From positions 20,088,001 through 20,152,000 of the forward strand of contig JBNRSN020000020.1 in assembly GCA_051313645.2 (NCBI GenBank): a stretch of DNA of 64,000 nt, in the 5' to 3' direction. The notes under the pieces are model-generated. The model searched no databases, was not told where the DNA came from, and saw only the letters and a program-made list of their open reading frames with translations. This document shows, piece by piece, positions 49,074 to 60,849 of the stretch. Numbering within the stretch: the stretch's first letter is position 1; the number at the start of each line of letters is the position of its first letter. A program made the translations under genes and the position numbers. Source of the stretch: Centroscyllium fabricii. Its lineage: Eukaryota.

Positions 49074-49773
49074 CGGCTCCAAATGTTCCTCAAACTAGCG
49101 ATCGCGCCCAGCGCTAAATTCAGCTGAACGCTAAGTTGGGGGCTAACTGGTAGCGCCCCAACGAATTTAGCGCCCAGCTGGACGTCGTGAATGACATAAT
49201 CAGCCCGCGCAGTGCCTGGGAGGCGCCCATGGCTGAAATTGGGCAGTGCCCGCTGATTTATTGCTGGGCGCTGCCTGCGCCGGCTTTCTGTGGCTGTAAC
49301 AGCAACGGGGGAGCGCTGCTTAAAGGGGGGTGCGGCGATCGGCCATTTTTATTGCTGGCCGACTGCCAGAACCTTCCCCCTCAGCCTCCCCCGCTGCTCC
49401 CCCGGCAGGGTTAGGCCTCTGGCAACTGAGCCCGGCACCTCCCTCCAGTGCCGGGCTCCTTCTCCCGATTCTGGTCCCACGGCGGCCCCGCGGGGCTCCG
49501 GCCGCAGCCACGCTAGGCCCCTCCCCTTTAATCGGGGAGGAAGGCCTGCCGTACCGTGGGCCGCCGCTACGCACTCGTTCGCGCAGCGCCCGCGCCCCAA
49601 TATTCGGCTGCCTTGCACCAAGAGCGAGGCAGCCCGCCTCATTTACCGCCCGCCCACCCATAATGGGTGATGCAGGCGTATTTCTGACTTAATACCGCCA
49701 GCGATGAGCTGGCGCTAAAAATAGCGCATGGGAAGTCAGCGCCACGAAGAGTGCGCTGACCAATTTAGCCCCC
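49074..49773. mobile_element. GC-rich 'gcgctaa' MITE, inverted relative to 5322-5920
   Basis: Right end gtcagcgccacgaagagtgcgctgaccaatt matches the reverse complement of the left end of the 5322 element. Confidence 0.65.
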
Positions 49774-50036
49774 ATCCCTGCCCTGCCCCATCCTATCCCA
49801 TGACCAATTCTTAACTGAACAAAAGATAGTCGCCCCTACTGTGAGGACAGCTTTGTGTTGTGGACTCTATTGCATATTAGCTAGACTTCAGGCTACAAAA
49901 GATTATCACACTTTGGCCATCAGTCCAAGAACCCTAACCTGGATCTGAAGTAAGACATCAAACTATTTCACCAGATCACTCAATTGCCAGTGTGATATGA
50001 ATGAGATCCATTTCCTTCTAATGTTTTTGGACTAAC

Positions 50037-50144
50037 CTTTTTCTGTCAGTTCAGTTTCTTCATTGTATTGCTTAGAGCCTTCCTCCCCTTGCTCGTCATC
50101 TTCCCTCTCATCTTGAAGACCTTCATCTATATCTTGTTCTTCAT
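50037..50144 (-). CDS. MICAL1: MICAL-like acidic linker exon, 108 nt, phase 1->1: (Y)EEQDIDEGLQDEREDDEQGEEGSKQYNEETELTEK
   Basis: Acceptor tttcttattgtcacag and donor G|gttagt; open, strongly acidic frame. Confidence 0.75.
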
Positions 50145-50240
50145 CTGTGACAATAAGAAAGACACAAAAGGTTATTGCTGAAGATGCTGGTACACAGTAC
50201 ACTGAAACACAGTCATCTTAAGTGCTGTACATTTCTGTAG

Positions 50241-51005
50241 ATGGGAGGACTAACAAGGCAAGGGAATACACAATGAATGGTAAGACCCTAGGAAAGACAG
50301 AGGATCAGAGGGACCTTGGTGTGCATGTACATAGATCCCTGAAGGCAGCAGGACAGGTAGATAAGGTGGTTAAAAAGGCGTATGGGATACTTGCCTTCAT
50401 TAGCCGAGGCATAGAATATAAGAGCAGGGAGGTTATGATGGAGCTGTACAAAACGCTGGTAAGGCCACAGCTGGAGTACTGTGTGCAGTTCTGGTTGCCC
50501 CCTACAGGAAGGATGTGATTGCTTTGGAGAGGGTGCAGAGGAGATTCACCAGGATGTTACCTGGGCTGGAGAGCTTCAGCTATGAAGAGAGACTGGGCAG
50601 GCTGGGGTTGTTTTCCTTGGAGCAGAGAAGGCTGAGGGGGGACCTGATTGAGGTGTACAAAATTATGAGGGGCATAGTTAGGGTAGATAGAAAGGAACTT
50701 TTTCCCTTACTGGAGGGGTCAATAACAAGGGGACATAGTTTCAAGGTAAGGGGCAGGAGGTTTAGAGGGGATTTGAGGAAGAACTTTTTCACCCAGAGGG
50801 TGGTTGGAATCCGGAACTCACTGCCTGAAAGGGTGGTAGAGGCAGGAACCCTCACAACATTCAAGAAGCATTTAGATGAGCACTTGAAACGCCGTAGCAT
50901 ACAAGGCTACGGACCAAATGTTGGAAAATGGGATTAGAACAGACAGGGCTTGATGGCCAGCGCGGGCGCGATGGGCCACTTTCTGTGCTGTATAACTCTA
51001 TGACT
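50241..51005 (+). mobile_element. CR1 3' fragment
   Basis: [17 protein letters not shown]; LERVQRRFTRMLPGL. Confidence 0.92.
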
Positions 51006-51940
51006 CCATCGGCGTGAAATTGGCGCTCTAGTGCCGGCCCATTAGCGCCCGAAAATGGGCGTAAGCGGTTTTAGCGCGGAGCGCAAAATTTGCCAGACGA
51101 ACGCCGTCGGCGCTAACTGTTGCGGCCTGCTGCTGGGCGCACGTCAATAACCTGCTGACTTCCTCGTGCAACGCCCGTCCCCAGGGCTGCACCGGAAACT
51201 CACCACCGAAGACTCTCCCAGTAGATCAGGAGACGACTCTCCCAGTAGATCAGGAGACGACTCTCCCAGTAGATCAGGAGAAGACTCTCCCAGTAGATCA
51301 GGAGACGACTCTCCCAGTAGATCAGGAGACGGCTCTCCCAGTAGATCAGGAGAAGGCTCTCCCAGTAGATCAGGAGAAGGCTCTCCCAGTAGATCAGGAG
51401 AAGGCTCTCCCAGTAGATCAGGAGACGACTCTCCCAGTAGATCAGGAGACGACTCTCCCAGTAGATCAGGAGAAGACTCTCCCAGTAGATCAGGAGATGA
51501 CTCTCCCAGTAGATCAGGAGAAGACTCTCCCACTAGATCAGGAGAAAACTCTCCCAGTAGATCAGGAGAAAACTCTCCCAGTAGATCAGGAGAAGACTCT
51601 CCCACTAGATCAGGAGAAGACTCTCCCACTAGATCAGGAGAAGACTCTCCCACTAGATCAGGAGAAGACTCTCCCACTAGATCAGGAGAATACTCTCACA
51701 GTGGATCAGGAGAAGACTCTCCCAGTAGATCAGGAGAAGACTCTCCCAGTAGATCAGGAGAAGACTCTCCCAGTAGATCAGGAGAAGACTCTCCCAGTAG
51801 ATCAGGAGAAGACTCTCCCACTGGATCAGGAGAAAACTCTCCCAGTGGATCAGGAGAAGACTCTCCCAGTGGATCAGGAGAAAACTCTCCCAGTAGATCA
51901 GGAGAAGACTCTCCCATTCGGTCAGAAGACTCTCCCAGTA

Positions 51941-52349
51941 TAGAAACATAGAAACACAGAAGATAGGAGCAGGGGTAGGCCATTCGGCCCTTCGAACCTG
52001 CTCTGCCATTCGATGAGATCATGGCTGATCATCCAAACCCAGCACCCTTTCCCTGCCCTCTCCCCATATCCCTCGATCCCCATCGAGCCTGCACCAACCC
52101 ATATCCCACCCTATCCCCGAAACCCCACATATTCAATCCCCCTAACACTAAGGGTCAATTTATCCTGGCCAATCAACCTAACCCGCACATCTTTGGACTG
52201 TGGGAGGAAACCGGAGCACCCGGAGGAAACCCACGCAGACACGGGGAGAATGTGCAAACTCCACACAGATAGTACCCGAGGCGGGAATTGAACCCGGGTC
52301 TCTAGTGCTGTAAGGCAACAGTGCTAACCACTATGCCACCGTGCCGCCC
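51941..52349 (-). mobile_element. HE1-type V-SINE, copy 1 in the array
   Basis: Reverse complement of the 3736-4133 type. Confidence 0.92.
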
Positions 52350-53093
52350 AGTAGATCAGGAGAAGACTCTCCCAGTAGATCAGGAGAAGGCTCTCCCAGT
52401 AGATAAGGAGAAGACTCTCCCATTAGATCAGGAGGATTCTCTCCCAGTAGATCAGGAGGATTCTCTCCCAGTAGATCAGGAGAAAACTCTCCCAGTAGAT
52501 CAGGAGAAGACTGTCCCAGTAGATCAGGAGAAGACTCTCCCAGTAGATCAGGAGAAGACTCTCCCAGTAGATCAGGAGAAGACTCTCCCAGTAGATCAGG
52601 AGAAGGCTCTTCCAGTAGATCAGGAGAAGGCTCTTCCAGTAGATCAGGAGAAGACTCTCCCAGTAGATCAGGAGAAGACTCTCCCAGTAGATCAGGAGAA
52701 GGCTGTCCCAGTAGATCAGGAGAATACTCTCCCAGTAGATCAGGAGAATACTCTCCCAGTAGATCAGGAGAAGACTCTCCCAGTAGATCAGGAGAAGGCT
52801 CTCCCAGTAGATCAGGAGAAGACTCTCCCAGTAGATCAGGAGAATACTCTCCCAGTAGATCAGGAGAAGACTCTCCCAGTAGATCAGGAGAATACTCTCC
52901 CAGTAGATCAGGAGAAGACTCCCCCAGTAGATCAGAAGACGACTCTCCCAGTAGATCAGGAGAAGACTCTCCCAGTAGATCAGGACAAGGCTCTCCCAGT
53001 AGATCAGGAGAAGACTCTCCACTAGATCAGGAGAAAACCCTCCCAGTAGATCAGGAGAAGACTCTCCCATTCGGTCAGAAGACTCTCCCAGTA

Positions 53094-53502
53094 TAGAAAC
53101 ATAGAAACACAGAAGATAGGAGCAGGAGTAGGCCATTCGGCCCTTCGAACCTGCTCCGCCATTCGATGAGATCATGGCTGAACATCCAAACCCAGTATCC
53201 TTTCCCTGCCTTGTCCCCATATCCCTCGATCCCTATCGAGCCTGCACCGACACATATCCCACCCTATCCCCGTAACCCCACATATTCAATCCCCCTAACA
53301 CGAAGGGTCAATTTATCATGGCCAATCAACCTAACTCGCACATCTTTGGACTGTGGGAGGAAACCGGAGCACCCGGAGGAAACCCACGCAGACACGGGGG
53401 GAATGTGCAAACTCCACACAGATAGTACCCGAGGCTGGATTTGAACCCGGGTCTCTAGTGCTGTAAGGCAGCAGTGCTAACCACTATGCCACCGTGCCGC
53501 CC
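53094..53502 (-). mobile_element. HE1-type V-SINE, copy 2 in the array
   Basis: Same junctions as copy 1. Confidence 0.92.
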
Positions 53503-55245
53503 AGTAGATCAAGAGAAGACTCTCCCAGTAGATCAGGAGAAGGCTCTCCCAGTAGATCAAGAGAAAACTCTCCCAGTAGATCAGGAGAAGACTCTCCCAG
53601 TAGATCAGGAGAAGGCTCTCCCAGTAGATCAGGAGAAGGCTCTCCCAGTAGATCAGGAGAAGGCTCTCCCAGTAGATCAGGAGAAGTCTCTCCCAGTAGA
53701 TCAGGAGGAGACTCTCCCAGTAGATCAGAAGTCTCCCCCAGTAGATCAGGAGAATTCTCTCCCAGTAGATCAGGAGAAGGCTCTCCCAGTAGATCAGGAG
53801 AAGGCTCTCCCAGTAGATCAGGAGAAGGCTCTCCCAGTAGATCAGGAGAAGGCTCTCCCAGTAGATCAGGAGAAGGCTCTCCCAGTAGATCAGGAGAAGG
53901 CACTCCCAGTAGATCAGGAGAAGGCTCTCCCAGTAGATCAGGAGACTCTCCCAGTAGATCAGGAGAAGACTCTCCCAGTAGATCAGGAGAAGACTCTCCC
54001 AGTAGCTCAGGAGAAGGCTCTCCCAGTAGATCAGGAGAAGGCTCTCCCAGTAGATCAGGAGAAGGCTCTCCCAGTAGATCAGGAGAAAACTCTCCCAGTA
54101 GATCAGGAGAAAACTCTCCCAGTAGATCAGGAGAAGGCTCTCCCAGTAGATCAGGAGAAGGCTCTCCCAATAGAGTAGACACTTTTCTGTGTCGAAAGGG
54201 TCCCATTTTAGGCCCAATCTGACTTCATAATTCACCTTTTTGTTAATATTCACAAAGTTCACAAAGACAAATACAGTACAGGCAGGCCATTCGGCCCATC
54301 TAGCTCATCCATCTGCAGAAACCTACAATCCACCCATCTATGCGTCCAACTTTCACTTGGCGATTCCAGGCTTTTGCCCTCCAGGAGTTTCTTACTTCAA
54401 GGTATGAAAAGTTTAAGGTGCATGATACTGAGCACGCTCAAATCCAAGATTCCCCACCAAGGTGGTGAATTCCCCACATGAATTCTCTGGATCGTGTACC
54501 CATGATACACGTAAGAGTGACAATGTGCCCAGAGAAGTATGGAGAAATGAAATGGCTGTAGAATAGAGCTTATCTGATTGATTTTATGTTTTAAATGAAA
54601 TACCTTTCTTAGAATTACTATGACATATAATAATGCACATTAGAAACATAAAACCTTTGTTACGATATGTATAACCTTAGTTAAAAAGACAGCAGGCCGA
54701 GAAGCAAAGCATGATGATAAAATTAAGCCAACATTATGTTAACTGCAAGAATAGTGCTGAGGTAGTGTCGTTTTTCTGTTGTATTAAAAACAAGAAGCCA
54801 GTGAAGAACAAATATTACTTATATTTTTAAGTAGAATTGAGTGTTTTCAATACCTTCCATCCCTTATCGCTGAAGTTTCAGACCAGTCTAGATAATGGGC
54901 TATGGGAAAGGCAAGAGACATCTATAGTAATTTGTGAGAAGTCTAACTATGGAAAATTTCACAGTGAAGCTCACAGCACAAAAAGGGAGGGAATCATAGA
55001 CCGTACTATTGAAGGTCAGAATGGTGAGACAGCCCAAGCAGCTGCAAGTTGCTGTGTATTTTGAAAGGAAAAAAAGATATAAAGGAACAGCTATTGAGCA
55101 CTGAGGGCAGCACGAAACCAGGGGAAGGGAAACTTCAGTCAACAGAACACAGCAAGACTGAAGAAAAGAGACAACGCAGCAGTCACCCGGTGAGCACTGT
55201 ACTGGGGTTCCAAGGAACGGATTGCGACTATCATCCTGTTAAGTA

Positions 55246-55624
55246 CAGGTTGTGCACCATTAATCCGGCACCCGATAATTCGGCACCTTCAGTGGTCCGG
55301 CACGAATCCCGCTGGCCGCCCACGTGATCCCAGGGACGCTTGCGATGTGCGGGCTGCTCCCCGGCAGCACACCGCGATGGGCGGGACTCTGCCCGGCAGC
55401 ACCGCAAATCTCATTCCCTCACTCTTTGACTGGTCTGCGCATGCGCAGCGGCCAATTTGACTGGTCTGCTCATGCGCAGTGGCCATTTTGACTGGTCTGC
55501 GCATGCACAGCGGCCATTTTGACTGGTCTGCGCATGCGCTCCCCGAACCTTCAGTGGTTCGGCATTTTCAGTAGTCCGGCACCGGCCTGGTCCCGAGGGT
55601 GCCGGATTAACGGTGCACAACCTG
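55246..55624. mobile_element. pogo/Tigger-like MITE with internal 30-bp repeats
   Basis: TA TSD; TIR caggttgtgcacc(a/g)ttaatccggcaccc. Confidence 0.9.
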
Positions 55625-55683
55625 TATTGCTTCTTTGTACTGGATGTAAAGTGCTTAATAAATCTGTTATACTTCTACACATT

Positions 55684-56522
55684 GGGCCAGAATTTCGTCT
55701 GTGCAGGTTGGTGCGTGCACTAGGACCCTGCGGACACCTATTGCACGCACCAACATCGCACAGAAGTTGCTCCCTGACTTTCCTCCCCGTTCCTGCGCTG
55801 CGTGGCAGTCCAGCCACGCTAGGTGCGCAGTGTATGCCCCGCCCACAGATCCCAAATTTAAATTAAAAACGCCCCCAGATCCCTAATTTAAATTAAAAAA
55901 TGCGCACAGATCCCGAGTCGGACCTTTGTGAGAGCAGGGACGTGCGGAGCTGCACTCACAGACTCGGCAGGGAGCAGCGTGGGCACAGCAGCTTCTCAGA
56001 GGAAGAAACGCTAGGTAAGTCTGCCATTTTTTCTCTTAGATTTTTTATTATAGCTAGATAGTTAAAAATTTCAGAAATTTAACTTTAAAAATTAGCGATT
56101 TGAAACAGGTAAATTAACTTAAAATCGGATTTGTAAATTTAAAAAAAAAACTTTAACTTAAATATTTAACGTTACCGATCTGGCCACATTACTCCCAAAA
56201 ACTGTAAAATTTTTAAATTAAAGTAAAAAAATTAACTTACCTGCTTTAGTAACTAAATCTTGTCCCTCACGCACGAGTTTACTACTGTTTTTCCCGGGTG
56301 CAGCTTGTGGGCCAGTTGCACACAGAATCACTCTCCAAAAATCACCCTTTTGGATTGCAAATTCTGGGTGCAACTCACTCCTGCGTTTGATGCTGAGGGT
56401 CCTTCTCCCTCAGCATTGGAAATCTCCATTCCGTGGGCATCCCCCATGCGTTCATCGCACGGGGCATTTTGGACCCCCTCCGTGCGTGTGCAGCTCCTCT
56501 GGGCCACAGGAAATTCTGGCCC
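55684..56522. mobile_element. PIF/Harbinger-like non-autonomous element
   Basis: Perfect TIR gggccagaatttc / gaaattctggccc; flanks att/aat. Confidence 0.8.
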
Positions 56523-56757
56523 AATATATCTGTACCAGGAGTGGTCTACTATAGTCACGGACAATTTAAATATACATTTTGGATCTTGCAAAGATTGCAA
56601 ATTTTACATGGTTATATATAAAGCTAAGAGTCACACTGATTGAAGCTGCTGTACTGGTTTGATGATGTATGATTCATTCTGTGGTGCAGTTAGACACTGT
56701 GATGGGTGGATCACAGATTTCTCTGGATGGATGAGCTACATGGGCAGAGTTTTTTTT

Positions 56758-57062
56758 AATTCTCGAGATGTGGGTGTCGCTAGCCAGGCCAGCATTTAAT
56801 GCGCGTCTCTAGTTGCCCTTGAGAACGTGGTGGTGAGCCGCCTTCTTTAACCACCACACTCCGTGTGGTAAAGGTGCTCCCACAGTGCTAATAAGTAGGG
56901 AATTTCGGGATTTTGACCCAGTGGCGCTGAAGGAACAGCGATCTATGTCCAAGTTAGGATGCTGAGTGACTTGCAGGGGAACTTGTAGGTGGTGGTGTTC
57001 CCATGTACCTGCTGCCCTTGTCCTTCTAGGTGGTGGAGGTTGTGGGTTTGAGAGGTGCTATT
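56758..57062 (-). mobile_element. 3' fragment of the 529-3607 LINE family
   Basis: Colinear with about 530-830. Confidence 0.8.
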
Positions 57063-57451
57063 GAATGACCTCTCTGCTCTGTATTTATCTTTGTGATGTT
57101 ATGAACATATCCTGCCACTCATTCATTATTCATCCTGTAACATTCCAGTTTTAAAATCACTACAGTCCATGAATGGGCTATAGATTGGACACCAAGATAT
57201 TTGCCACCCCATTCTCTCATTTCCTTGTGGATTACCTCATTTCCTTATTTTCTATAGCACATTTATCCTGCAAAATAGGGGAATTCCTATTGATATTGGG
57301 CCATCAGGGTCTGGCTCTCGCAGTGGGTCACTTATGAGGCAGGAACACAGTTGCTGAGACCAATTTTAAACCATGGCCCCCACTCCCCCCATCTCAATCG
57401 TTCAGTGCGTTGTGAATGCGATTTGTTTCCTTATGATTTTGTTGGACTAAC

Positions 57452-57595
57452 ATTTTCCTGCCAGCTCCGTTTCTTCATCACACTGATGACCGTCAATCTC
57501 CTGTTGATTTTCATTGTCCATCTGGTCTTCCGGCACTTCCTCATAGTCGATACCTTCAGGTTTGCCCATTGCTGCTTCAGTGCCTGGGATATGAC
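57452..57595 (-). CDS. MICAL1: MICAL-like acidic linker exon, 144 nt, phase 1->1: (G)HIPGTEAAMGKPEGIDYEEVPEDQMDNENQQEIDGHQCDEETELAGK
   Basis: Acceptor cctcgcattcacag and donor T|gttagt; open frame; paralogous to exon 50037-50144. Confidence 0.7.
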
Positions 57596-57673
57596 CTGTG
57601 AATGCGAGGAGCCATGGAGTGTTAATTTTCAGTCCACCATGGCCTCGTACATTGAAGCACAGTCAATTTATTT

Positions 57674-58075
57674 AAACAACATCTTGCATTTATATAGCGC
57701 CTTTAACATAGTAAAATGTCCCAAGGCGCTTCACAGGAGCGATTATCAAACAAAATTTGACACTGAGCCACATAAGGAAATATTAGGGCCGGTGTCCAAA
57801 AGCTTGGTCAAAGAGGTAGGTTTTAAAGAAACGACCCAGAAGAGGAGAAAGAGGTAGAGAGGGGGAGAGATTTAGCGAGGGAATTCCAGAGCTTAGGGCC
57901 AGAATTGGAGGAGAGCAGAGATCTCAGAGGGGTGTAGGGCTGGAGATTACAGAGATAGTGCGGGGCGAGGCCTTGGAGGGATTGGAAAACCAGGAGGAGA
58001 ATTTAAAAATCGAGTTATTGCCGGACCAGGAGCCAATGTAGGTCAGTGAGCACAGGAGTGATGGGTGAACTGTAA
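57674..58075 (-). mobile_element. L2 LINE 3' fragment
   Basis: cttgcatttatatagcgcctttaac tail; matches 19170-19322. Confidence 0.75.
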
Positions 58076-58084
58076 TCAGTATAA

Positions 58085-59163
58085 TTTCTAAGGATAAGGG
58101 GTAGGCCAATTAGGACAGAGATGAGGAGGAATTTCTTCACCCAGAGGGTGGTGAACCTGTGAAATTCTCAACCACAGAATGTAGTTGAGACCAAGGGGGG
58201 GATTTTCATGTCACCGTGAGGCGGGGTTTTCGGTGGGTCGGCCGACAAAATAGCGCAACCAGTGGGTCACGACACCCCCCGCCGGATCCCTGCCCCGGAT
58301 ACATTTTCCCCCACCCTGATTCCCCGCCCTGAAACCTTCCCGCCGGCGGGGATGGGTTGGCACCTCGTTAAGGGCCCTTAATTGGCATGTTTAATGCCAT
58401 TTTAAGGGCCCTTAGCCATTTTGAGCCGTTTCCCACCCATTCTCTGTCACCTTAAACCTCGCTGGGTGAAACCCAGCGGGAGCACAGCGTTGGTCATTAC
58501 TTTCTCCTTTAAGGTGGGGAAGGACATGCTGCCAAATGCTTGGCATGCCTCCAGCACCTTAGAGGAGTAAGTCACTCCATGGTGGGTGCACCAGCTGTGA
58601 GCAAAAACGGAGAAATCTCAGCTTTGCACATTTCCTCACAGCGGTGCCGAGCTATCAAGGATTCGGAGCCCGCCCGCCCACCTGTCAGTCACCAGCACTT
58701 GACCTTTCCCATTGGTTCCACTCGACTGTGATGTCACAGTGGAGTGTTTCCATGGGAACTGTCAACAACCAGTGCTGGAACTGTCAATCAAAGTGCTCGA
58801 GCCCCGCTGCAGCCCGACTCGTTTGAGTCAATTACCACCAGCTGCCACAGGCGGGGATTTAACAACTCAATTAAATTAAAATTGCGTGGGCTTCCCAGGT
58901 CTTTGGTCAGGCGGGACAGGGACCCGCCCCGAACAATCCCCACCAGATTCCCGCACTTATGGCGAAATCACCCCCTAAGTCACTAAATATATTCAAGAAG
59001 GAGTTAGATAAATTTCTTAGAGTTAAAGGTATCAAAGGATATGGGGAGAAGGCAGGTACGGGGTACTGAGTTTGGATGATTAGCCATGATCTGATTGAAT
59101 GGCGGAGCAGGCTCGAGGGGCCGAATGGCCTACTCCTACTCCTATCTTCATTGTTTCTATGTT
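58085..59163 (+). mobile_element. CR1 3' end split by a Harbinger MITE
   Basis: gtagttgagaccaa|...|taagtcactaaatatattcaag reconstitutes the CR1. Confidence 0.85.
58195..58975. mobile_element. PIF/Harbinger-like MITE, orientation A
   Basis: G-run/C-run TIRs and 3-bp TSD caa/taa inside CR1. Confidence 0.85.
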
Positions 59164-59614
59164 TCAGTAGAAAAGTGGTTCCTGACAGAAGTAGTTAATT
59201 GGCTCAGGTATTTAACACTACGGGTCTGTTTAAATATCTTGCCAAGCATACTCTGACATGGTTTACATGTATACATCTTTCCTCCAGTTATTCACCCCTC
59301 TCCTAAAGTCCCCTTCAACGAGGTACAGGAGGACTGGGCAGCATTTGTGGAATCTTTATTTCCTGCAGGGGTTTGCTCTCTGCTTCCCTCCGTTACCTCA
59401 CCGAAGTGGTCTTTCTTCATGCGTTAGCTCAGAAAGCAGTGTCAGTAGGTAAGTCAACCGTGGGAAGCATCGCAGCCGTGCTTGATCCACACCTCATCCC
59501 GACATTTACACACGGACACTTTCCCAGCGGAGGTCACTGGATAGTGATCAGGACTGGGGGCCCTGGACCTGATTATCTTTTGCCTAGCCCAGAGCCAAGA
59601 GGCCAACTGTAGTA

Positions 59615-60011
59615 CAGGTTGAGCACCGTTAATCCGGCACCCTCGGGATCAGGCCAGTGCCGGACTACTGAAAATGCCGAACCACTGAAGGTTCGGGGAG
59701 CGCATGCGCAGACCAGTCAAAATGGCCGCAGTGTGCGTGTAGAGCAGTCAAAATGGCCGCTGCGCACACGTAGAGCTGTCAAAATGGCCGCTGCGTGCGC
59801 GTAGAACAATGCAAAGAGTGAGGGAATGGGATTCGCGGTCCTGGGACTTTCCGGTGCTGCCAGGGAGAGGCCCGCGCATCGCGGGGTGCTGCCGAGGAGG
59901 GGCCCGCGCATCGCAAGCGTCCCTGGGATCACGTGGGCCAGCCAGCGGAATTCGTGCCGGACTACTGAAGGTGCCGAATTATCGGGTGCCGGATTACCGG
60001 TGCCCAACCTG
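59615..60011. mobile_element. pogo/Tigger-like MITE, inverted relative to 55246-55624
   Basis: TA TSD; interior is the reverse complement of the 55246 element. Confidence 0.9.
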
Positions 60012-60278
60012 TACCCCAACTCCTGCTTCAGATGAAGTTAACTAACAGCACAGGGCAGGGTTCAAACTTGGGACCTTCTAACCTACATGGCCTTGTACGC
60101 AATACATTCACCTAGTGAATCACTGAGTGGACAACCCTATAGAGCAGGTACATTATCTGATGGATGATTACAGTCCGGTCTTAGAGTGGCTAGGAATATC
60201 TTAAATAGGCTATTGCTTACCAAAGTGAATCTCATTATAATACTACCCAACATTGATTAAAGATGAGCAGTCAGTTAC

Positions 60279-60330
60279 CTCCAATCCTCTCCACAGCACT
60301 GTCCAATTCAATTTCTTCATCCAAAAAGTC
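60279..60330 (-). CDS. MICAL1: MICAL-like linker exon, 52 nt, phase 0->1: DFLDEEIELDSAVERIG(G)
   Basis: Acceptor ttcttttttctttgacag and donor G|gtaact; open acidic frame; phase fits the next exon. Confidence 0.7.
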
Positions 60331-60849
60331 CTGTCAAAGAAAAAAGAAGTCAGGGACAAGGAAAAGCTATTTGGTTCATCAAAGCCCATCCATCCCGTGC
60401 TCTAACTCTTCTACTGAAGCCCATTCCTCCAGTACCATAATTCTTATTTGATGCCATATGTCTGGTACTCTAACTCTCCAACTGAAGGCCACCCCTCCAG
60501 TACCCTAATTCTCCCACTTAAGCTGATTCCTCTAGTACCCTAACTCTGCCACGGATGCCCATCCTTTCCAGTCCGTTAACTCTCTCAGCCTACCATCGAG
60601 CTCTATTTTGTAAAAACTCAATGCATTTATCTCTAATTCCAGGCCTGGGAGATTATTCCAGACATGTGTCCAAAGATGTGCGGGTTAGGTTGATTGGCCA
60701 TGATAAATTGACCCTAAGTGTAAGGGCGATTAAATATGTGGGGTTACAGGGATAGGGTATGATATGTATCGGTGCAGGCTCGATGGCCTCTATCTGCACT
60801 GTAGGGATTCTATGATTCATCGTTCTAAGTAGAGAAGTGCTTACTGCAG

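Larger units (their letters stand above)
51210..54169. repeat. 24-bp tandem array (gactctcccagtagatcaggagaa) in three blocks separated by two SINE copies
   Basis: Blocks at about 51210-51940, 52350-53093 and 53503-54169, roughly 30 units each. Confidence 0.97.
7720..60330 (-). other. MICAL1: Span of recovered exons of a MICAL-family gene (linker plus bMERB domain), most like MICAL1; partial in window
   Basis: Phase-compatible GT-AG exons splice to ...TWRLRTFERRAKQIVTATRLKAQ-MIQRRLEEIEQTFHELEQQGIYLEQEMRKSNG-EQPQLMQSWIALVQDKNQLVSEESELMIT-WRELELEDQKSRLEQELRRYMEMD. This is a bMERB domain. The WR..T..RRAK...KAQ and ELR.YM motifs recall MICAL1 rather than MICAL2/3 (from memory of the family). Confidence 0.8.

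Noticed and set aside
49074-49773. CpG-island promoter of a separate gene
   Set aside because: The GC-rich block matches the multi-copy MITE family seen at 5322-5920.
51210-54169. CRISPR-like array (short palindromic repeats) or an RS/acidic repeat protein (DSPSRSGE, TLPVDQEK)
   Set aside because: No unique spacers and a eukaryotic intronic context. The ORFs arise because a 24-bp unit lacks stops in several frames, and no splice signals were found.
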